A stretch of DNA of 64,000 bases from an uncultured Nitrospinota bacterium (GTDB taxonomy: Bacteria; Tectomicrobia; Entotheonellia; J063; CAVPRW01): assembly GCA_963707985.1 (NCBI GenBank), contig CAVPRW010000010.1, forward strand, positions 160,001 through 224,000, read 5' to 3'. Made by a program: the position numbers and the translations under genes. The notes under the pieces are model-generated. The model made no database searches and had not been told where the DNA came from. It saw nothing but the letters and a program-made list of their open reading frames with translations. The number at the start of each line of letters is the position of its first letter. Position 1 is the stretch's first letter. Shown piece after piece: positions 54,951-64,000 of the stretch.

Positions 54951-56239
54951 GAGTCTCTCCTCGGATAGGCGTCGTTGAAGCGCTGAAGTAGTTAGGAATA
55001 TCCTCGCCCGCATTGCAGTGATGCACGAAATTGTTCAGCGGCTATTAGGGCCTGCATATTACGGATGTAGACCATAGTGTGCAGATACTCACTACCGTGG
55101 GTCTTGCCCTTGAAAATCCTACGGTCAAAGCAATATCAAAACCACAACGAAAAAGGTGTGACAGCTCCGAGAAATCAGGAGGGCGATGGATTCCCTTCGT
55201 CTAAAAGAGAGGGAGGGGAAGGGTTCGCTGCTGGGGATTCTGAGAAATTGGATTTGTATAAGCAGGTACGCCCTGATGGGAGGGATTAAGGCCGGGAAGA
55301 TTATGGTGTTCATCGCTAGCGGCCCTCTCTATCGATCACAAGATCTGTCAGCATCGCAGCGAAACTTCTATGGCACATATCACCATGGATCTGGCACGAG
55401 GCTGAACCGGAACCCTTACTCAGTACCGACATCTTGATAATGGGTATTGTTCAGGGCTTGGGAAGCGGACATTATGCCACCCGTACAATAGGCGAACCCA
55501 GCGTTCATCGGCCGCACTAGATCTGTTGAAACTATTGGCCGAACTCTTCCCAAGCAAAAATTATGCTAAGATGACTCATTCATTCAAAAAAGCCGTAAAT
55601 AAATCTATATAGTGATCGTTGCGCTATCTTGAGGAGATGTGGGAACCTGAACACAAAAGCACGCAATCATCTAAGCGATTTCAAGATTTCTCAATTATTT
55701 AAATGGTTTCAGTGTATGTTCAAATATAGACATAATTGTTCAAGTTTATGCATGCGGATCCCACTTCTTATCCACTGCCCAGGGGGAGCGAGCTCCTGTG
55801 GTCTGCAAAAATGCTGTCACGCCGTCCTTTCTTCAAGCCCATATCCATGGGACAAACCACCACCAACCGGACGCGCCATCGCTTGAGGTGTACCCCATTG
55901 TCCAGCTACTGCTGGCGAATTCCGATGAGCTGTCTTGCAAAGCGATCCTTCCACCGGCGTAACACTTTGGAGAGGACGATCGGCTGCACCCAGGTCGCCC
56001 CGAGCGCTACGCTCCGGCTGAAACCATGGGCGCGGATGGGCTCCATCTCCTGGGGATACTCTCTGCTGACAGCACTCCGCACATTTTTCGGTGGAGACAC
56101 ACCAAGGACTTCTGACTCGAAAATTCATCATAAACCGTTAAGTTCATTGACTTAAAATCCGAGTCTCGATGATCAGGAGACGTTGGCCACCACACTAAAC
56201 CCCTCCAGCAACATTCGAACAGTGCCTACCCCAGCGCCT

Positions 56240-57262
56240 ATCCCCTGTCAGTTGGACACATCTTTTCATGTAGGGGGGAACTGAGCGCATGATACGATAC
56301 ATGCTGGTGAGGTCGCGTCAATGTTGCAAGCCACGCCACACCGTTTCGGTGCCTGGTTGTTCTCGGCGGCGCCCCACACACCCGCCGAGCTGCGCGAGCC
56401 AGCGCACGGCCTCGCCGAGCGACGGTGGACTGGCAGGGGGTGTTGGCGAGTGATGGATGGCACCGTACAGCGCCTGCCATTCCTCGATCTCCAACCGCAC
56501 GCGACACGGCATCTCGGGTACCGCGCGCGCCAGCATGGTGGCAGAAAACACCCGCCAGGCCATCACGCTAGAGAGGGTCAAACAGCGCGGCAAGCGCGCG
56601 CTGGGGCTCAACGGCCGTGCTTCAAGGCGGCAGCCACTTTGCAACATCCGATGCCAGACGTCAATGCCCCACCGACAGGCGTACCACGCGACGCGCTCGC
56701 TGGCGTCGTCAAGCGTGTGTACCGCCACCGTGGTCAACAACAGCCACTCGATGGGCTCCCCCCCGTCTGGGGGCTCGACGTCACGGACCTGCACGGCCCA
56801 CAGCGCCACGGCGGGCAAGCCCTCTGCCGTGCGATGCTGGGGAGGCCGCAGGGTCAAGGGGCAAAACCGCAGCGCCAGCCTGGCGTCACGCCCAGGCTGC
56901 GGACCACGACGGGGCACGTGCAAGACGCGGTGCTCCCCCAGCGGTTGCGCCTCCACGGTGGCCCACACAGAGCGCTCGGGCGCCTCCACACCGCGGTTCC
57001 ATGCCGCGCGTACCAGGAGGTCGACCCCCGCGGGCCGCGCGGCCGCCAGCAGATCAGAGACATCGGCTTCCCGGTCGCCCATGCTGACACAGCGGGTCTG
57101 GGGACACGCCTCGTGCGCACGGTGGACCGCCTCAAGGCTGGTCAGCCATTGCTGGCTTTCCTTCTGGCTGATGGGCAACTGCTTGCGTCGCGTGCGCTTC
57201 CCCATGTCGTTGGGGTCACGCGCCCACACGGGCTGGGCCATCAGTCCCAAGGGTGATGCCCC
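56240..57262 (-). mobile_element. IS4-family (IS50/Tn5-like) transposase remnant, N-terminus missing
   Basis: KESQQW, GDREAD, EPIEWLLLTT, YACRWGI..H..LQSGC, AQLGG..PG..VWRGL. Confidence 0.88.
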
Positions 57263-57269
57263 CCCCTGT

Positions 57270-58670
57270 GAGCCAGGATGTATGGGCTCAAAATGGATCG
57301 ATACGGCGTTCATTGAACATCCCAGAATGCACTCGGTTCCAAAAAATTGCATGATTGGAGCAACCCGGTCCACGCATTTTTCTGATTTAAAATGGTCAGG
57401 ACCATGGCTGAGCCGCGATTTTGGCCGGTTTTGAGCTGTTGTCTATGATGGCTCCACTCCACGCCCTCAGTTGCCGTGCGGTATGGAGACGCGCGAACCG
57501 TTTGGGCACCGCCACCACAGGTTCGCTCAACGGTGCTTCAACCGTTTTGAGCCGTTTCCACGGCGCTCCGGCACGGGCTTGATACCAAAGGCTCAGACGT
57601 TGATGGGCCGTCTCCAGTGTCAGCCAGACATCACGCTCACCGTAGCGTTGGCCCACACGCAAGGCTTGATTGAGAAAACGGCCCCGGCCCGCTGGTGCGA
57701 CTCGGCGCACCGCATGGACCCGGCCCACACAGATCGGCACGCGACATTGCAGGCCCGTGGCATCGCATGAAGCGAGCGTGTACACCTGCGCTCCCAGTCG
57801 CATGCGCTCGGGCGTATCAGGCTGGCGCGGAGCGATGTACTGGCTCCGGTACCAGGGGAGAAAGGTGTGCTGCACCCGTGACACATCGCGACGGCGTGTG
57901 AAGTGATGGAGCCCCCAGAATCGTTGCGCCCACAGGTGGTTGAAGGTTTCGACGGGTGAGTGATCATCGGCTTCACCCACAGGACTGCACAAGACGTCGA
58001 TGCCCATGGACAAACACAGGCGTACCACCTGGCCGAGCACCCAGGGATGGGTGCCGCCGCGGAACGCACTTTCGTGATCACACTGGGCGACGTCGGGCAC
58101 GCCGACCTGTTGCCAGGTTTGCCGTCAGTGCTCACACGCGGCGGCGGCCGTTTTGGTAGCATGCGAGCTGGCGTAGGCGTCATTGCTAGAGACATCGACG
58201 GTGTTGAAGGTCTGCACGACTTCACCTCCTGTGATCCAGCGCGTGATGCTATCGGTGGCATGGACCGCCTCGGGAGAGGTCGCCCCGGGTGCGGGCGATA
58301 GGCCTGACGGCAGGGCTTGAGCGATTGGGTGGTGAGATGGTGACGCTTGAGCACGCGCTGGATGGTTCTCAAACTGGGCGCTGGCTCCGGGTAACGGCGA
58401 CACCACTCCTTGTGAATGGTGCGTGCCCCCACCGAAGCAAAACGCAAGCGCGGCTGGCGGTGTCGCATCAAGAGTTGGCGCAGACGGACGATGCGCCGCT
58501 CGCTCTTGACCGAGAGTTCAGTGGGATGATGGTGGGGTGCACGGGGAACCGATCGGAAGCGGGTCCAAGGATGATGGGCACGATAGGCCACCCATTTGTA
58601 GACCCAACTGCGGCTACGGTGGAGTTGTCGTGCAACTTCTTTGGCAGGGATGCCGGCATGTCCTGGCTAC
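57270..58670 (-). mobile_element. IS481-like (HTH plus integrase core) transposase pseudogene
   Basis: AKEVARQLHRSRSWVYKW HTH, PSLRTIQRVLKR, degraded DDE (QCDHE, VETFN); frameshifted. Confidence 0.7.
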
Positions 58671-58672
58671 GG

Positions 58673-61600
58673 ACAGCTAGTGGACAAGCTGGCAGCGATC
58701 CTGGCAGGGCGCTCTGATGTGAGTGATCTGTATCGCGGCACGGTGGTTGGCCTAGGCCGGGCCGACAAGGATACCGATAACGCTGGTGGCGGCGGATGAA
58801 GACCTACAAACGGCGATGAACGCCTGGATCGCCAAGGGCAAATACGAGTCGTTGCTCAGTCTGTGGGTCAAGGGGCTGACCTTTAACTGGCAACGGCTCT
58901 ACGGCGCGGACAAGCCCCACGGTGCTATACCCCGGCGCATCAGCCTGCCCACCTATCCTTTTGACCGGCAGCGGTACTGGTTACCAGCGATCGAGGCTGG
59001 CAACGTTGCGCCGCAGGCGGAAACCCTGCATCCCCTGCTCCACCGCAATACGTCCGACCTCGCCGAACAGCGATTCACTACCACTCTCACCGGTCGTGAG
59101 TTTTTCCTAGCGGATCATCGGGTCCGCGGCCAGACGATCCTGCCAGGCGTGGCCTATCTGGAGATGGCACGAGAGGCTGCGGACCAGGGGGCGCGCGTCC
59201 TCTGGGAGCGTGAGGCCCAGTCTTTCACAGTATCCCTCGATCAGGTGGTGTGGGGCCGGCCCGCGGTCGTACCGCGCGATGGCTTGTCGCTTCACATCAC
59301 ACTCTTCCCCGAGGACCGGCGACAGGCATCGGCAAGCGACGTGCGCATAGCCTACGAAATCTATAGCGACAGCAGCGATGATGGGCAACGAATCGTCTAC
59401 GGCCGGGGCTATGCGACCTTGGGGCCCACACTCCCGGCCACAACCCTTGACCTGACGGCTCTGCAGCGCGCGTGCGACCGCGGCACGATCTCGGCCGACC
59501 AATGTTACGCGGCACTGGCAACCATGGGCCTTGATTATGGCCCGACCCTCCGTGCGATCGACGTGCTGTATATGGGCCAGGACCAGGTGTTGGCTCGATT
59601 GTGCCTGCCACCGTCAGTTGACGACATAGGCGACCGCTTTGTCCTTCACCCCAGCCTGATGGATGGCGCACTGCAGGCAGCGATTGGCCTGTATTTTGGT
59701 GATCACGACAGCAGCGGTACCACCGTCTCGCACCTGTCGCTGCCCTTTGCCGTGAAACACGTTGAGGTGTTCGGTCCCTGTACCCCTACCATGTGGGCGC
59801 ATATCCGTCCTGCTGGCGATGACACTGGTCATGGCGCGCATAGCCCCGTCATGCGCGCGCTCAATGTCGATCTGTGCGATGAGCATGGCCTGGTTCGTAT
59901 ACGTTTGGCTGGCCTTATGTCCCGTGCGGTCGACAGGGAAGCAGAGAGCACGGCGCTCAGCTCCGGGCCCCAGGCCATCCCCATGACAGCAAGCCCAACG
60001 CTTCTGCACGCGGCACAGACGGTGTCTGAACCACCGATCAGTGCCACCAATGGAGCAGAACCTCTCTTGGAAAAAACCGTCGGCTATTTCAAAAATTTGT
60101 TGGCGTCCACACTCAGGCTGCCGGTGCAGCAAATCCGTGCTAATGAGCCCATGGACCAGTATGGCATCGACTCGGTCATGGTGATGGAGCTGACCGGCTT
60201 GCTAGAGCAGACCTTCGGGCCGCTGTCTAAAACCCTTTTCTTCGAATATCAGGATATCGAGTCGTTGAGCCGCTATTTTGTCGACGCCCACGCTGAGCGT
60301 TTGCGTGGCCTGTTGGAGGTTGAGAGCAAGGGCGGCGGGACTGCTGCCGCTCCTGACATAGACACGATAGGCGTGCCCAGACGACCGGACAACTTTGGGC
60401 CAGCACGCACCCCGCGACGCCGTTTCGCCCTCACGAGTCCACCCCATCAACGACCCCAAACTGGGGCGCTGGATATCGCCATCATCGGCCTAGCCGGACG
60501 GTATCCCGGTGCACGAACCATAGCGGAATTTTGGGAGAATCTACGCGACGGCAAGGATTGCGTCACCGAAATCCCCCAGGACCGCTGGAATCACGACCTC
60601 TACTTCGATGCAGACCGCTACAAGCCCGGTAAGACGTATGGCAAGTGGGGCGGGTTCCTCGATGGTGTCAGGGAGTTCGATCCCCGGTTCTTCAACATCG
60701 CGCCGCGCGAAGCTGAGCTGATGGATCCGCAGGAACGCCTCTTCCTGCAATGCGTCTATGAGGTTCTGGAGGACGCGGGTTACACGCGGGAAAGCCTGGC
60801 GCGCTATCAGAATCTGGGTTTGCCGGGCAACGTCGGGGTCTATGTCGGCGTCATGTACGAGGAGTATCAGCTCTACGGTGCGCAGGAAACGATGCAAGGC
60901 CGGCCCCTGGTGCTTTCCGGAAGCCCGTCGTCGATCGCCAACCGTGTGTCGTATTTCTGCAACTTCCACGGCCGAGCATGGCGGTGGACACGATGTGTTC
61001 CTCTTCCCTCACCGCCATCCACCTCGCTGCGAGAGCCTGTGCGGGGAGGGCGAGCTGGCCGTGGCCGGTGGCGTCAACGTGTCGGTGCATCCCAACAAGT
61101 TTATCGGCCTAGGGCAGGGCCAGTATCTCGAGTCAGGCCGCTGCGCCAGCTTCGGCGCCGGTGGCGACGGATATGTCCCCGGCGAGGGCGTCGGCGCGGT
61201 GCTGCTGAAGCCGCTCGCCACGCCATGCCGACGGGGACCACATCTATGGCGTGATCAAGGGACCGCCATCAACCACGGCGGCAGAACCAACGGCTTCACG
61301 GTGCCCAACCCCAAGGCGCAGGCCAGTGTCATCGGCAGGCCTTCAAGCAGACGGGCATCGATCCCCGCACGATCAGCTACCTGGAGGCCACGGCACCGGC
61401 ACCTCGTTGGGCGACCCCATCGAAATCACCGGTCTGACCAAGGCGTTTGAGGAATTCACGCGCGACCGCCAGTTCTGCGCCATCGGCTCGGTCAAGTCGA
61501 ACATTGGGCATTGCGAGAGCGCCGCGGGTATCGCTGGTATCACGAAAATTCTGCTACAGCTCCAGCATCGCCAATTAGTGCCCTCGCTCCATGCCGAGGC

Positions 61601-64000
61601 CTTGAATCCCCATATCGATTTCGCCAACACCCCCTTCATGGTGCAGCGATCGCTGCAGGCATGGCAACCCCAGCAGCTCGACATCGATGTGGAGAACCAT
61701 CCGGGTGAGATAGGGGAGCGGCCGCGGATCGCTGGGATCTCGTCGTTTGGGGCGGGTGGCTCCAACGCGCACGTGATCATCGAGGAATATATGGTCGATG
61801 AGCTGGTGTCGCCTGACGGACGCGGACAGGAGCCTTACCTGATCGTGCTCTCCGCCAAGACGGCCGAGCTGTTGCAGGAGGTCGTCGCCAACCTGTATCA
61901 GGCGCTCACCCAGAAGGCGCGTTATCGCGATGATGACCTGCCCGCGATCGCCTACACGCTGCAGATCGGTCGCGAGGCCATGGTGGAACGGCTGGCCTTT
62001 CTTGTCACGTCGGTTGAAGAGCTGGTGGCGAAGCTACAGGCATACCTGGCGGTGACAAGCGGCACGGCCCCCCATGCTCTCGACCAGGTTGCCGACCTGT
62101 TCCGAGGACGGGTGGGCGGCGGTTCGCACGAGGCCCTGACGGCATTCACAACGGATGACGAGTTACAGGAAGCCATCGACAAATGGATTCAACGCAAGAA
62201 GTATGCACAGCTGGCGCGCCTATGGGTCGAGGGCCTGGACTTCGACTGGCGCGAGCTATATGGCGAGCACGCCACCTATGGCCGGCAGCCCCGCCGCATT
62301 AGCTTGCCGACCTATCCCTTCGCTCGGGAATCATACTGGGTACCCGTGCTGGAGGGTAGTGCTCCCGCCAGCGCGGCCGAGGCGGCGAGCGCAGTTGGCG
62401 CGTTCGCACCCAGGCCCGCCGCGCCAAGGCCAGCCGCTGTCATACGAGAACAACTGCTCGAACCCACGACAGCGTACTTCAAAGAAGTTCTTGCCTCTGT
62501 GCTCAAAATATCGGCCGACCTGATCGAGGCCGATGTTCCCATGGAGGATTTTGGCCTGGACTCCGTCATGGTGATGCAGGTGACCAACCACCTCGAAAAA
62601 ACCTTTGGCTCCCTGTCCAAAACCCTGTTTTTCGAATATCGGAACATCCAGGCTCTGAGTGAATACTTTGCGACTGCATACGCCGATACGCTGGCGGAGC
62701 TCTTTGGGACCAGCGAGGAGGCAGCCCCGCGCGTCCCGCAACCACCCCTCTTCCAGCGGCCGGTTGCAGCCCGCCCGGGCGGCATAGAGCACTGGGTGGA
62801 GGGAGATCATACAGGGAGGCGCCCCAACAGACCCTTGGACATCGCTATCATCGGCCTGGCCGGACGTTATCCGGGTGCCAACAATCTGGCGGAATTCTGG
62901 CACAATCTGCGGACCGGCAAAGATTGCATCAGCGAAATTCCCAGGGAGCGCTGGGACTATGCGCGCTATGTTGACAGGGATACCAGCACATCCAGCCATG
63001 TCCCCGGCAAGTGGGGGGGGCCTTGATGGCGTGGACCGCTTTGACCCGCTTTTCTTCAATATTTCGCCAGTGGAAGCGGAGTATATGGACCCCCAGGAAC
63101 GCCTGTTCCTCGAGTGCGTATACGCGGCCATCGAAGATGCCGGATATACTCGCACATCCCTCGCCGCCAGCGCGGCTTCGCGGCATTTCAGCAGTGCTGC
63201 GCCAGTGGGGGTCTATGTGGGGGTTATGTGTGAGGAATACCAGCTCTTCGGTGTGGAGGAACAGGTCAAGGGCAGGCTGATCGCGCTTTCCGGCATGTCC
63301 GGGTCGATTGCCAATCGGGTATCCTATTTCTGCAACTTCGAAGGGCCCAGCCTGGCCGTCAATACCATGTGCTCCTCCTCCCTGACCGCCCTCCACCTGG
63401 CGTGCCAGAGTCTCCTCCTCGGTGAGTGTGAGTTGGCCATCGCAGGTGGCGTCAGTGTCTCTATCCACCCCAACAAATATGTCGGTCTCCTACAGGGCAA
63501 ATTCCTCTCCAGTACAGGCCGTTGCCAGGCCTTTGGTCAGGGCGCCGATGGCTATGTGCCAGGCGAGGGCGTTGGCGCGGTCCTGCTTAAGCCTCTGGCC
63601 CATGCCATTGCGGATGCTGATCACATCTACGGAGTGATCAAGGGCAGTGCAGTCAATCACGGGGCCAAATCCAATGGTTACACCGTGCCCAACCCCACGG
63701 CCCAGGCCAATGTCATCGGCCGCGCATTCGAGCAGGCCGGCATCGCAGGTATCACCAAAGTTCTACTGCAGCTCAAGCATCGCCAGCTGACGCCCTCGCT
63801 CCATACCGAGCCCTTGAACCCCAACATCGATTTCGAACACTCGCCCTTCATGGTCCAGAAGGAGTTGACTCCATGGCAGCGGCATCGTATCGAGGTTGAC
63901 GGCGACATCAGAGAGTACGCAAGAATCGCGGGTGTCTCCTCCTTCGGGGCCGGTGGGGCTACCGCCCATCTTATCATCGAGGAATACATTCCGGAGGAGA
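58673..64000 (+). pseudogene. Trans-AT polyketide synthase fragment: (KS flank)-DH-ACP-KS-ACP-KS; 5'-truncated by IS, frameshifted, runs off window
   Basis: RISLPTYPF; DHRVRGQTILPG and DGALQ (DH); GIDSV and GLDSV (ACP); IAIIGLAGRYPGA, MDPQERLFL, DTMCSSS/NTMCSSS, HGTGT, KSNIGH, SSFGAGG; no AT domain. Confidence 0.92.

Noticed and set aside
55369..55406. TGGCAC motifs on the + strand as sigma54 promoters
   Set aside because: No GC at the -12 position and no downstream gene
55629..56195. Short overlapping ORFs and a TTAAGT-N6-ACTTAA palindrome near 56140
   Set aside because: No recognisable domain; palindrome too short to support a call
1..64000. CRISPR array or rRNA
   Set aside because: No regularly spaced direct repeats or rRNA-like sequence seen

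Overview
Bacterial window in three parts. (1) 1-10 kb: intact housekeeping genes. These are moeB/moeZ (5'-truncated), an unannotated 93-aa ORF with an in-frame TGA in a CxxU motif followed by a bacterial SECIS-like hairpin (candidate new selenoprotein), cysteine synthase, thioredoxin, a peptide-type ABC transporter lacking its ATPase, a hypothetical gene and a DHA2 MFS pump. (2) After a 3'-half tRNA-Arg(TCG) fragment (att-like scar, 10049-10093) and an IS6 remnant, about 44 kb on the minus strand encode an extracellular contractile injection system (eCIS, Afp/PVC-like). It has a sigma54 activator and -24/-12 promoter, DUF4255 cap, two sheaths, two tubes, LysM tube initiator, gpD/gpV spike, PAAR, gp25, baseplate J, tail-I, four paralogous fibre/baseplate-type proteins, tape measure and AAA+ ATPase. 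Downstream are four cargo genes sharing a conserved N-terminal leader but carrying different C-terminal tips (His/Cys protease-like, DUF2515/OmpA-like, two ParB/Srx-like), with putative immunity genes and a scar of tip exchange. (3) IS4 and IS481-like remnants abut a 5'-truncated trans-AT PKS (DH-ACP-KS-ACP-KS) whose last KS has a 58-codon in-frame deletion. Many genes beyond 17 kb are split by frameshifts, from sequencing error or decay. All family calls come from motif recognition by eye, not database searches.
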